Assembly: GCA_947085505.1 (NCBI GenBank)
Contig: CAMTWI010000001.1
Coordinates: 1 to 44,943 of the forward strand
Origin: an uncultured bacterium
GTDB taxonomy: Bacteria > Patescibacteriota > Minisyncoccia > Phycocordibacterales > Phycocordibacteraceae
Direction of reading: 5' to 3'
DNA: 44,943 nucleotides
The position numbers were made by a program, and so were the translations under genes. Below the pieces are notes generated by a model. That model made no database searches. It was not told the DNA's origin and saw nothing but the letters and a program-made list of their open reading frames with translations. Of the stretch, positions 7,897-16,678 are shown piece by piece. Position 1 is the first letter of the stretch. Each line of letters begins with the position of its first letter.

Positions 7897-8145
7897 ATGG
7901 AAACTACACCAACAACTGTTAAGCCTCAGTCCTTCAAGGGAACCGTCGTAAAGACGGCCATGACTGACACGATCACCGTTGCGGTATCGCGTTACGTGAA
8001 GCACCCGAAGTACAAGAAGTACCAGACTCGTACCAAGAAGTACCTCGTTCATGACGAAGGCAACACTGCTAAGGTAGGGGATCAGGTTACTATCGTCGCC
8101 TGCGCACCGAAGTCGAAGCGTAAGTCATTCACGCTCGTAAAGTAA
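7897..8145 (+). CDS. rpsQ: 30S ribosomal protein uS17
   Basis: GTVVKTAMTDTITV...HPKYKKY...VHDE. Confidence 0.97.
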   Translation: METTPTTVKPQSFKGTVVKTAMTDTITVAVSRYVKHPKYKKYQTRTKKYLVHDEGNTAKVGDQVTIVACAPKSKRKSFTLVK

Positions 8146-8155
8146 TCTCTTATTT

Positions 8156-8533
8156 ATGGTACAGCCCCAGTCAATCGTAGCGGTTACAGACAACTCAGGC
8201 GGAAAGGTTGCGCGCGTCTTCAAGGTGCTTGGAGGTTCAAAGCGCCGCTACGCTGAGATTGGCGACGTGGTGGTTGTATCCATTCAGTCAGCTGAGCCCC
8301 GCAAGGCGGTTAAGAAGAAGGATATCTACAAGGCCGTTGTTGTTCGCCAGCGTAAGGCATTCCGCCGCGCGTCGGGTATCTATGTTCGCTTTGATGACAA
8401 CGCGGTTGTCCTTATCGAGAAGCAGGGTAAGGAGATGGGTCCAAAGGGTAACCGTGTGTTCGGACCGGTTCCGCGCGACCTTGTTGAGAAGGGTTGGCAG
8501 AACATCGCGTCTATCGCGCCTGAAGTTGTATAA
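8156..8533 (+). CDS. rplN: 50S ribosomal protein uL14
   Basis: DNSGGK...VRFDDNAVVLI...RVFGPV. Confidence 0.98.
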   Translation: MVQPQSIVAVTDNSGGKVARVFKVLGGSKRRYAEIGDVVVVSIQSAEPRKAVKKKDIYKAVVVRQRKAFRRASGIYVRFDDNAVVLIEKQGKEMGPKGNRVFGPVPRDLVEKGWQNIASIAPEVV

Positions 8534-8544
8534 CCCTATTACCT

Positions 8545-8889
8545 ATGTCTAAAGCAACTCAAGGAAAGCAGACCGCTAAGTTCAAGCTCAAGAAGGGCGA
8601 CACCGTTGTCGTTATCTCAGGCAAGGACAAGGGCAAGACGGGAACCGTCGAGCGTATTCTTCGCGAGGATGCGAAGATCGTTGTTGAAGGTGTTGGTCTC
8701 GTAAAGCGCCATAACCGTGGCGTGCGCGGCCAGACTGGACGCATCGTCGAGAAGCCAGCGGCTATCGCTATCTCGAACGTCATGTTCTACGACCCGAAGG
8801 AGAAGAAGGGTACTCGTGTAAAGCGCGAGACCAACAAGGACGGCAAGAACGTGCGCATCTCCGTAAAGAGCGGCACCACCCTCGCATAA
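8545..8889 (+). CDS. rplX: 50S ribosomal protein uL24
   Basis: KOW motif KKGDTVVVISGKDKGKTG. Confidence 0.97.
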   Translation: MSKATQGKQTAKFKLKKGDTVVVISGKDKGKTGTVERILREDAKIVVEGVGLVKRHNRGVRGQTGRIVEKPAAIAISNVMFYDPKEKKGTRVKRETNKDGKNVRISVKSGTTLA

Positions 8890-8899
8890 CGATTTCAGT

Positions 8900-9436
8900 A
8901 TGATCACCAAAGAAAAGCAGGCTAGCGCATTCGAGACTCTCAAGGAGAAGTTCGGTTACACGAACGTGAACGCTTCTCCGAAGCTCCTCAAGATTACGGT
9001 TTCGTCCGGTGTTGGAAAGGCAGACAAGGCGAAGAAGGCACTCGTGGAGAGCCGTCTCGCTCGCATCACGGGCCAGAAGGCATCCGCACGTCCTGCAAAG
9101 CAGTCCATCGCACAGTTCAAGATGCGCGAAGGCGACATTGTGGGCTACCAGGTTACGCTTCGCGGCGCTCGCATGAACGAGTTCCTCGAGAAGCTCATCC
9201 ACATCACGCTTCCTCGTACTCGTGACTTCCGCGGCTTGAACGCCACCGCAATCGACGAGATGGGCAACCTCACCATCGGCATCAAGGACCATACGATCTT
9301 CCCTGAGACCGCTGAAGAGGACCTCAAGGACGTATTCGGCCTCGCGATCACCCTCGTTACAACCGCAAAGACCAAAGAGGAGGCAGACGCATTCTTCCGC
9401 CACCTCGGGATTCCGTTCAAGAAGGACGCTGAGTAA
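8900..9436 (+). CDS. rplE: 50S ribosomal protein uL5
   Basis: ITGQK...SIAQFKMREG...VTLRG...LPRTRDFRGL. Confidence 0.98.
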   Translation: MITKEKQASAFETLKEKFGYTNVNASPKLLKITVSSGVGKADKAKKALVESRLARITGQKASARPAKQSIAQFKMREGDIVGYQVTLRGARMNEFLEKLIHITLPRTRDFRGLNATAIDEMGNLTIGIKDHTIFPETAEEDLKDVFGLAITLVTTAKTKEEADAFFRHLGIPFKKDAE

Positions 9437-9456
9437 TCCAGAGGTAAATAAGAGTA

Positions 9457-9490
9457 TAGAAGGCCCCATAAAGGGCCTTCTTGCTTTTTA
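9457..9490 (+). terminator. Terminator after rplE
   Basis: AGAAGGCCC-CATAAA-GGGCCTTCT then TGCTTTTT. Confidence 0.75.
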
Positions 9491-9531
9491 TTAATTAGTT
9501 TGTATAGTTGTCTTCAGAGGAGGATCATCAC

Positions 9532-10014
9532 ATGAAAGAAGACATGCCCGGTCTAACCAGGATCGGAAGTTTGGTTGTACCAGATAACCCCGGTGGGTTC
9601 GATGCGGAAAAGTTCATCCGGCCAGGTTCTCCTGGTATCAATGGTGTCGGCGCGAAGCTTGCTGAAGAAATCAAAGAGCATGCGTTGGACTCGGTCTGTG
9701 GGGGAAAAGTACTGTTCTACCGGTCCTCCTATGCCGAAACCAATGAGATTCCCGAGGCACTGCGAACCACGTCACAGCCAATCAACTGGTGGCAACTGTA
9801 CTGGGCTCTCCAGTGGCCTGGCGTCGAACTGTTCAAGGCGCTCAGGTACAAGGATCAGATTGGTTGCTTCGTCGTGATTGGGCGAGGTTCTCGGCCTGTT
9901 CGCGTTAAGCTCGATTGGAGGGAGGGTCACAGTATAGGTGGCAGGCCCACAGATCAGCCCAACTGGGCCTGGAACGAGGGCACCATCTTCGCTGTCCAGG
10001 AGCCAAGATTCTAG
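9532..10014 (+). CDS. Hypothetical Trp-rich protein (160 aa) inserted in the spc cluster
   Basis: SD GAGGAGG before ATG 9532; UUCG-capped hairpin downstream at ~10044-10066. Confidence 0.75.
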   Translation: MKEDMPGLTRIGSLVVPDNPGGFDAEKFIRPGSPGINGVGAKLAEEIKEHALDSVCGGKVLFYRSSYAETNEIPEALRTTSQPINWWQLYWALQWPGVELFKALRYKDQIGCFVVIGRGSRPVRVKLDWREGHSIGGRPTDQPNWAWNEGTIFAVQEPRF

Positions 10015-10096
10015 AAGAACCTTGTGCGCTGTTGCACACAGAAAGGCTCCGCTTCGGCGGAGTCTCTCACTTTGTATGCGGGACGGCTTCATTGGT

Positions 10097-10125
10097 TTGA
10101 CAGCCTACTTCCTAGCTGATAGATT
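10097..10125 (+). promoter_or_regulatory. Sigma70 promoter for the rpsN-secY unit
   Basis: TTGACA-17 bp-TAGATT (with TG extension). Confidence 0.8.
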
Positions 10126-10157
10126 GTCTTTACGGCTCCCCGGAGCTATTTTTTCTT

Positions 10158-10427
10158 ATGGCCAAAGCATCCCAAATCGCCCGCAATGAAAAGCGCATTA
10201 AGCTCGTCGCGAAGTACGCTGACAAGCGCGCTGCTCTTAAGGCTGCAGGTGATTGGGAGGGCCTTCAGAAGCTCCCGAAGAACTCGAGCCCTACCCGCGT
10301 GAAGAACCGCTGTGCGGTTACGGGACGCGGACGCGGCTACATGCGCCCGTTCGGCCTTTCCCGCATCATGTTCCGCGAGCTCGCCCGCGAGGGTAAGATT
10401 CCGGGCGTTAAGAAGGCATCCTGGTAA
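10158..10427 (+). CDS. rpsN: 30S ribosomal protein uS14, 89-aa zinc-independent type
   Basis: [25 protein letters not shown]...GVKKASW; only one Cys. Confidence 0.98.
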   Translation: MAKASQIARNEKRIKLVAKYADKRAALKAAGDWEGLQKLPKNSSPTRVKNRCAVTGRGRGYMRPFGLSRIMFRELAREGKIPGVKKASW

Positions 10428-10434
10428 TTTTCGT

Positions 10435-10824
10435 ATGGTATCTGACCGCGTAGGAGATTTCATCATCCGCCTCAAGAATGCAGGCGCAATCAACAAGCCG
10501 ACTGTGTCGGTGCCTTTCTCGAAGCATGTCGAGGAAATCGCGCACAAGTTGAAGTCTCTTGGCTACGTCGCTGAAGTTTCGAAGGGAAAGAAGCCCTATG
10601 AGTTCGAGGTTACCCTCGCGTACGATGAGCGCGGCCGCCACGCAATCAACGGCGTAAAGCGCGTCTCAAAGCCAGGTCGTCGTCTCTACACCCCGTCCGC
10701 AGAAGCGCACAGCGTAAAGAACGGTATAGGCGCTCGTCTCATCTCGACTCCTCGTGGTGTTCTTACGGACGCTGAGGCACGTAAGGTCCGTGTCGGCGGC
10801 GAGAATCTCTTCGAGATCTGGTAA
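10435..10824 (+). CDS. rpsH: 30S ribosomal protein uS8
   Basis: DRVGDFIIRLKNA...RVSKPGRRLY...ISTPRGV. Confidence 0.97.
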   Translation: MVSDRVGDFIIRLKNAGAINKPTVSVPFSKHVEEIAHKLKSLGYVAEVSKGKKPYEFEVTLAYDERGRHAINGVKRVSKPGRRLYTPSAEAHSVKNGIGARLISTPRGVLTDAEARKVRVGGENLFEIW

Positions 10825-10839
10825 TTCTATTTCAGTACT

Positions 10840-11373
10840 ATGTCCCGTCTTGCAAAGAAGCCAATCGCTATCCCTTCTAAGGTAACTGTCACCACTGACG
10901 GCGGTGTCTTCACGGTAAAGGGATCAAACGCAACGCTTGCGATGCCGATTCACTCGGCAATCACCATGGACCTGACTCCTGAGGGACTCCAGATTGCTCC
11001 AGCAAACTCTTCAAAGCTCGCTCGCGCACTCACCGGAACATTCGCTGCACACGCTCGCGCGATGATGTCAGGTGTTGAGACTCCATTCAAGAAAGTACTC
11101 ATCATGAAGGGCGTGGGATACAAGGTAGAGCTTCGTGGTCGCGATCTCGTTTTCAACGTTGGATTCTCGCACCAGGTAACTATGCCGATTCCTGAGGGAC
11201 TCGAGGCAAAGGTTGAGAAGCTCACCATCACTATTGAGGGCCCAGACAAGCAGAAGGTTGGTCAGTTTGCAGCGGAAATCCGCGCAATCAAGCCACCGGA
11301 GCCATATCTCGGAAAGGGTATCGCGTACGACAACGAGGTTATCCGTCGCAAGCAGGGTAAGAAGGCCGTCTAA
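10840..11373 (+). CDS. rplF: 50S ribosomal protein uL6
   Basis: GVGYKV, GFSHQV, PPEPYLGKGI. Confidence 0.98.
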   Translation: MSRLAKKPIAIPSKVTVTTDGGVFTVKGSNATLAMPIHSAITMDLTPEGLQIAPANSSKLARALTGTFAAHARAMMSGVETPFKKVLIMKGVGYKVELRGRDLVFNVGFSHQVTMPIPEGLEAKVEKLTITIEGPDKQKVGQFAAEIRAIKPPEPYLGKGIAYDNEVIRRKQGKKAV

Positions 11374-11382
11374 TAATTACGT

Positions 11383-11727
11383 ATGGCTACTCAAACTAAG
11401 AAGGAACTCCGCGATCGACGCCATAACCGCGTCCGCGCAAAGATTAGCGGCACTGCAGCGCGTCCTCGCCTTGCGGTCTACAAGTCGAACAAGTTCATCT
11501 CGGCTCAGATTATTGATGATGAAGCAGAGAAGACACTCGCTGCCGCACATGGCCGTTCGTTCCCAGGTTCTCTCTCGGTACAGGCGGCGGCTGTTGGCAA
11601 GGCAGTTGCTGAAGCCGCGAAGAAGGCTGGTATCGATACCGTTGTCTTCGATCGTGGAGGCTTCGAGTACGGCGGCCAGATCAAAATGGTTGCTGACGCG
11701 GCACGTGAGAACGGCCTTACTTTCTAA
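11383..11727 (+). CDS. rplR: 50S ribosomal protein uL18
   Basis: RPRLAVYKSNK...VVFDRGGFEYGG. Confidence 0.97.
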   Translation: MATQTKKELRDRRHNRVRAKISGTAARPRLAVYKSNKFISAQIIDDEAEKTLAAAHGRSFPGSLSVQAAAVGKAVAEAAKKAGIDTVVFDRGGFEYGGQIKMVADAARENGLTF

Positions 11728-11730
11728 TAC

Positions 11731-12360
11731 ATGACTGACACTACTACTCTCGACACAAATACCGACGCACCAGCAGTTGTCCCAGAGGCAGCGGTTGAGG
11801 CGCAGGCTCCGGCTGCAGACGCAGCAGCAACTCCAGCTCGTGGCGGATTCCGTGGAGCTCAGCGTGGCCGTGGAGGACCTGGTGGAGGACGTAGGGATTC
11901 TCGTGGCCCTCGCGCTCCTCGCGAGCGTTCTGAGTTCGAGCAGGCTACCCTTGAGGTTCGTCGAGTGGCTCGCGTTATGGCCGGTGGTCGTCGTTTCTCT
12001 TTCTCTGTGACCGTTGTTATCGGCGACAAGAAGGGAAGGGTTGGTGTAGGTCTTGGTAAGGGTGCTGACACCGCACTTGCTATCGACAAGGCAGTTCGCG
12101 ACGCTAAGAAGCACCTCATCACCGTAAAGCGCACCCCCGAGAATTCAATCGCACACGATGTGTCGGTTAAGTACTCGTCTTCCATTGTTACTATCATCCC
12201 TTCTCCGGGCCGTGGTGTGGTGGCAGGATCAGCTATGCGTACCGTACTTGAGCACGCAGGCGTCACTAACGTAATCGCAAAGATTCTCACTCGCACTAAG
12301 AACAAGCTCACCATCGCTCGCGCAACGGTAGCTGCGCTTGCAATGGCCGGTTCCCGCTAA
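11731..12360 (+). CDS. rpsE: 30S ribosomal protein uS5 with long acidic/Ala then RGG-rich N-terminal extension
   Basis: RRVARVMAGGRRFSFSVTVVIGD...VGVGLGKG. Confidence 0.97.
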   Translation: MTDTTTLDTNTDAPAVVPEAAVEAQAPAADAAATPARGGFRGAQRGRGGPGGGRRDSRGPRAPRERSEFEQATLEVRRVARVMAGGRRFSFSVTVVIGDKKGRVGVGLGKGADTALAIDKAVRDAKKHLITVKRTPENSIAHDVSVKYSSSIVTIIPSPGRGVVAGSAMRTVLEHAGVTNVIAKILTRTKNKLTIARATVAALAMAGSR

Positions 12361-12371
12361 TCCTTATTTCT

Positions 12372-12824
12372 ATGCAGTCCAACACTCTCCAACCTAAGAC
12401 CGTCCGCATAACAACACCTCGCGTTGGTCGTGGTGGTAAGCGCGGCAAGACCTCGGGCCGCGGTACCAAGGGACAGAACGCTCGCGCAGGACACAAGAAG
12501 CGTCCTGAGATGCGCGACATTTTGAAGAAGCTTCCAAAGCGTCGTGGACACGGAAAGAACCGTGCGCGTACGGTGCGCGCAAAGCGTCATGAGTACGAGC
12601 CAATCAACCTCTCAACCCTTGAGGCTGCGTTTGATGCTGGTGACACGGTTAACCCAGAGACGCTCTACAAGAAGGGCCTTATCACTGCGCGCGGCGGCAA
12701 GGTCTCGTACGTAAAGATTCTCGGTACTGGTACGCTTACAAAGAAGCTCTCAATCTCAGCGTGCTCGTTCTCAGAAGCAGCCAAGAGTGCTGTTGAAAGC
12801 GCGGGAGGTTCAATACTCGCCTAG
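12372..12824 (+). CDS. rplO: 50S ribosomal protein uL15
   Basis: RVGRGGKRGKTSGRGTKGQNARAG; VKILGTG. Confidence 0.96.
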   Translation: MQSNTLQPKTVRITTPRVGRGGKRGKTSGRGTKGQNARAGHKKRPEMRDILKKLPKRRGHGKNRARTVRAKRHEYEPINLSTLEAAFDAGDTVNPETLYKKGLITARGGKVSYVKILGTGTLTKKLSISACSFSEAAKSAVESAGGSILA

Positions 12825-12828
12825 GCTT

Positions 12829-14091
12829 ATGTTTAGCAAGGCGATTCACAAGGTACACATCATCTTCTCGGATCGGGTTATACGAAACCGGATACTCTTT
12901 ATCCTGGGCGCCTTTGTTGCATTCCGCTTTCTTGCTGCTGTTCCAATCCCCGGTGTAGATCGCATTGCACTCGAGCAGTTCTTCACGAACAACCAGTTCC
13001 TCGGCCTTTTGAATATCTTCTCGGGAGGTGGTCTCTCGAATCTTTCTATCGTTATGCTCGGTGTGGGCCCGTACATTACAGCCTCTATCATCATGCAGCT
13101 TGCTACCGTACTGATTCCAAAAGTGAAGGCGATGTACAGCGATGAAGGAGAGGCAGGACGCACCAAGTTCACCTCGATAGCACGAGTGCTCACCATTCCA
13201 CTTGCGGTTCTGCAGGGCGTGGCATTCCTCTCGCTTCTCGAGAGTCAGGGTATTGTTCGCACCATCACGCCGTTTGATTTCGCCATCAACGTATTCCTCA
13301 TTGCGGCAGGTTCCATGCTTCTTATGTGGATCGGCGAGCTCATCACTGAGTTCGGTATTGGCAACGGCGTCTCGCTCATCATCTTCGCAGGTATTGTGGC
13401 CGCCCTCCCGGCTGGTCTCTCGCAGCTTCTCTTCACTGCAACGGCTGCCAATATTCCGGCATACCTCGGATTCATCGTTCTCGGACTCTTCGTTATCTTC
13501 ACGGTTGTGCTTGTGTCGGAGGCCGAGCGCTCGATTCCAATCCATTACGCACGCGCAGCACGTGGGGGCTCAGCACCAACCTACCTTCCAATCCGCCTTC
13601 TTCAGGCTGGTGTGATGCCAATTATCTTCGCGCTCTCGCTTCTTCTGCTTCCGCAGATGGTCCTTTCCGGTCTTTCGGCTATTGGTGTGGCTGGTATGAG
13701 TGCAGCGCTTGCAGGCTACACGGCATTCGCCGCCAACCCGTTTGCGTACGGCGCGTTCTACTTCGTACTCGTGGTTATGTTCACGTTCTTCTACACCTCA
13801 ATTACGTTTGAGCCAAAGCGCGTTGCGGACAACCTGCAGAAGTCTGGAGCATTCGTTCCCGGTGTTCGTCCAGGACGCGAGACGGAGAGTTTCATTGGTA
13901 CCGTGGTCAATCGCGTGACACTTCCGGGCGCTATGTTCCTCGGTTTGGTTGCCGTTATCCCGTTCATTATCCAGGGTCTCACGGGTATCACCGCAATCTT
14001 GATTGGCGGTACCGCACTCCTCATCGTTGTGAACGTTGTGCTCGATCTTATCCGCAAGATCGACGCGCAGGCTTCGCTTCGCGAGTATTAA
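12829..14091 (+). CDS. secY: Preprotein translocase subunit SecY
   Basis: LGVGPYITASIIMQL, GIGNGVSLIIF, FVPGVRPG; about 10 TM segments. Confidence 0.98.
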   Translation: MFSKAIHKVHIIFSDRVIRNRILFILGAFVAFRFLAAVPIPGVDRIALEQFFTNNQFLGLLNIFSGGGLSNLSIVMLGVGPYITASIIMQLATVLIPKVKAMYSDEGEAGRTKFTSIARVLTIPLAVLQGVAFLSLLESQGIVRTITPFDFAINVFLIAAGSMLLMWIGELITEFGIGNGVSLIIFAGIVAALPAGLSQLLFTATAANIPAYLGFIVLGLFVIFTVVLVSEAERSIPIHYARAARGGSAPTYLPIRLLQAGVMPIIFALSLLLLPQMVLSGLSAIGVAGMSAALAGYTAFAANPFAYGAFYFVLVVMFTFFYTSITFEPKRVADNLQKSGAFVPGVRPGRETESFIGTVVNRVTLPGAMFLGLVAVIPFIIQGLTGITAILIGGTALLIVVNVVLDLIRKIDAQASLREY

Positions 14092-14127
14092 AACATGGGG
14101 TCTCTACCCCGTGATACAGTGGCTTCC

Positions 14128-14721
14128 ATGAGCGCCAAACACCGAGGAAAGTTTGTGCCGGTTGTGGCGCCAACAGGAAGCGGGAAGGACACCCTTATTA
14201 CATACGCGAAGTCAGTATTTCATGATCTCGTGTTGTCTGTGTCTTGCACAACCCGGAGTGCGCGTGTGGGCGAGGAGCACGGAAGGGACTACTTCTTCCT
14301 TTCTCGCGAGGAGTTTGAAGCGAAGATAGCAGAAGGAGACCTTCTTGAATGGGCGGAGTATGGGGGGAATTATTACGGCACTCCTAAAAAGGAGATCGAG
14401 AGGCACCTGGCAGAGGGTGCACTCATTATGGGAGACATCGAGGTGCAGGGCGTGCGCTTGATTCGGGACTTACTGCCACCTGAGGAATTCGGTACTATCT
14501 ACATTGATGCTGGCTCTTGGAGCGTGCTCGAAAAGCGGGCTCTTCTCCGTGCTCCTATGAGCGAAGAGGAGCTCGAAAAGCGTCGGATGCGGTATGTGGA
14601 TGAGTCTTCATTCAAGACCGAGGCGACGTATGTCGTTTCGAACCCGGAGGGAATGCTCGAGGACGCGAAGCGAGACTTCATTGCTGTAGTTGCAGCGTTC
14701 CGCAAGGAGATTGGTCTCTAA
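14128..14721 (+). CDS. gmk: Guanylate kinase (start could be 14095)
   Basis: APTGSGKDT P-loop, SCTTRSARVGEEHGRDYFF, LEWAEYGGNYYGT. Confidence 0.9.
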   Translation: MSAKHRGKFVPVVAPTGSGKDTLITYAKSVFHDLVLSVSCTTRSARVGEEHGRDYFFLSREEFEAKIAEGDLLEWAEYGGNYYGTPKKEIERHLAEGALIMGDIEVQGVRLIRDLLPPEEFGTIYIDAGSWSVLEKRALLRAPMSEEELEKRRMRYVDESSFKTEATYVVSNPEGMLEDAKRDFIAVVAAFRKEIGL

Positions 14722-14761
14722 GAGTAGCAGGGGACTTTTATAACTGATACATTTTCTATAC

Positions 14762-15340
14762 ATGCAGCAATCATCAATATTGACCGTCATCCTTACCGGC
14801 CGCCCTGGCTCAGGCAAAGGAACCCAAGCAAAGCGCCTAGCAGAGAAGCTAGGCTGGATTCATTTCTCTACCGGAGAGCGTTTTAAAGCACTCCGAGAGG
14901 GCGAGGGACCGCTCGCTAATCACGTGCGCGAGGCATATGATGCAGGCGAACTTCTGCCAGACTGGTTTGCGAATTATCTCTTTGAGGGTGCGGTGCTCGC
15001 GCTCCGGCCTGACCAGGGTATTGTTTGCGATGGTTATCCGCGCACCCGTGCACAAGCAGAGCGCTTCGCGACCGTCATGGATTGGGTTGAGCGGCCATAT
15101 ATCGCTCTTGATCTCGACGTCCCTGAGGAAGAGGTTGTGGCGCGTATGCTCGGGCGTGCCAAGGAGGAAGATCGCCCGGATAGTTCCACAGAAGGGAAGA
15201 TCCGTGTGCGCCTTGGTGTCTATGACGCCCATACTGCCCCTGTGCTCGATTACTTCCGTGAGAAGGATCTCCTAACTGTTCTTGATGGCACAGGGACGCC
15301 TGAGGAGGTAGAGGCGGCTATACACGCGGCGCTCATCTAA
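14762..15340 (+). CDS. adk: Adenylate kinase family NMP kinase, short (LID-less) type
   Basis: GRPGSGKGTQA, DGYPRT; lies before map. Confidence 0.9.
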   Translation: MQQSSILTVILTGRPGSGKGTQAKRLAEKLGWIHFSTGERFKALREGEGPLANHVREAYDAGELLPDWFANYLFEGAVLALRPDQGIVCDGYPRTRAQAERFATVMDWVERPYIALDLDVPEEEVVARMLGRAKEEDRPDSSTEGKIRVRLGVYDAHTAPVLDYFREKDLLTVLDGTGTPEEVEAAIHAALI

Positions 15341-15341
15341 C

Positions 15342-16124
15342 ATGATTGTACGGACCCCAGAGGAGCGCGAGGGCATTATCGAGTCAGGGAAGCGTCTTGC
15401 GGCTATTCTCGAGGTACTTGAGGGTATGGTTGCGCCTGGGGTCTCAACCGAGGCGCTTGAGGACACGGCACTCAAACTTATCCTTGCCGGAGGTGATCTC
15501 CCAGCCTTCAAGGGGTATACCCCTGAGGGAGCTCAGCGTCCGTTTCCGGCTGCGTTGTGTGTTTCGGTTAACGAAGAAGTGGTGCATGGCATCCCGAATG
15601 AATCCCCGAGAATACTTAAGACCGGCGACATTGTTACGCTCGATTTCGGTCTCGTACACAAGGGACTTATTACCGATTCTGCCGTAACGGTTCCGGTTGG
15701 GAAGGTGAGCAAAGACGCGAGCGGACTTATTGCTGCAACGGAAGCCGCGCTTGAAGCGGGAATTGCCGCTGCACGTCCGGGTGCGCGTATTGGCGACATC
15801 TCGCATGCAATTGAGACCGTGTTTAAGGGAACGAAGTTTTCTATAGTGAAGGTACTTGGCGGGCACGCGGTAGGGCACAAAGTGCACGAGGAGCCCTACA
15901 TCGCGAACTTTGGGCACGCAGGAACAGGCGAAGAGATTAAGGCGGGTATGGTGCTTGCGCTTGAACCTATCGCGAACGCAGGGAAGGGTTCGGTTATTTT
16001 AGCTCCGGACGGTTATACGTACCGGACTCGTGACGGATCAATCTCTTCGCATTCTGAACACACGATCCTTATTGAGGACGAGGGGACGATTGTGGTGACG
16101 AGGAGATCGAACGAACGGGTATAG
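15342..16124 (+). CDS. map: Methionine aminopeptidase type I
   Basis: CVSVNEEVVHGIP, DSAVT, GHAVG...HEEP, ALEP, HSEHT. Confidence 0.97.
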   Translation: MIVRTPEEREGIIESGKRLAAILEVLEGMVAPGVSTEALEDTALKLILAGGDLPAFKGYTPEGAQRPFPAALCVSVNEEVVHGIPNESPRILKTGDIVTLDFGLVHKGLITDSAVTVPVGKVSKDASGLIAATEAALEAGIAAARPGARIGDISHAIETVFKGTKFSIVKVLGGHAVGHKVHEEPYIANFGHAGTGEEIKAGMVLALEPIANAGKGSVILAPDGYTYRTRDGSISSHSEHTILIEDEGTIVVTRRSNERV

Positions 16125-16154
16125 AAAAGGGCCGTCCTCAGGGACGGCCCTTTC
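16124..16154. terminator. Bidirectional terminator after map
   Basis: AAAGGGCCGTCC-TCAG-GGACGGCCCTTT. Confidence 0.8.
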
Positions 16155-16164
16155 GACGTTTTGA

Positions 16165-16530
16165 TCAGACCCAGACTGCTTCTGCGATGGCAGCCTTTTT
16201 CGGTCCGATGGTTACGGCCCGGATACTCCAGCCCTTAACTCGGTTGCCTGGCGGATTGTCCGAGTAGCGGGCACCTTCTTGAGCGAAGGTGACAAGCTCC
16301 TGGGCGACCTCGCTGGCAGTTGAGCTGCCATCTGGTAGATCGACTGCGCCGTCGAAGGGTCCTTGGTGGAAAAGCCGGATAGAGCCCATACCTCCATGAA
16401 CAATCGTGAAGTGAGTGAACGAAGTCGCGCCGTCCAGGATCTTTTCCAGTGCTTCTCTCAGGTCATGGAAATACCGTGACGAGGAGAGCGGGGCCGTGGG
16501 GCCAAGGTCAGCGAGCTGTTGAACGTCCAT
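16165..16530 (-). CDS. Hypothetical protein (121 aa)
   Basis: Promoter TTGACA(16602-16597)-17-TACAGT, so the ORF-track TTG start is the -35 box; GGAAGGA before ATG 16530. Confidence 0.65.
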   Translation of the reverse strand: MDVQQLADLGPTAPLSSSRYFHDLREALEKILDGATSFTHFTIVHGGMGSIRLFHQGPFDGAVDLPDGSSTASEVAQELVTFAQEGARYSDNPPGNRVKGWSIRAVTIGPKKAAIAEAVWV

Positions 16531-16678
16531 CTCTGGATTCCTTCCAAGTTGTTTCAAAAAAGAACGTGGAGGTACTGTACGTTTTATTCGCCTTCCTGTC
16601 AAAGCGCTGGTATCCTGCGTTACCCTAGGCTATACTCATGATATTAGAACGCCCCAGGGCGATTTTTAGTATCATCTT

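Noticed and set aside
2476-14057. Many long antisense or off-frame ORFs over ribosomal genes and secY (for example 8780-9469, 11377-12114, 12736-13545)
   Set aside because: Shadows of strongly biased codon usage in conserved genes; no independent signals.
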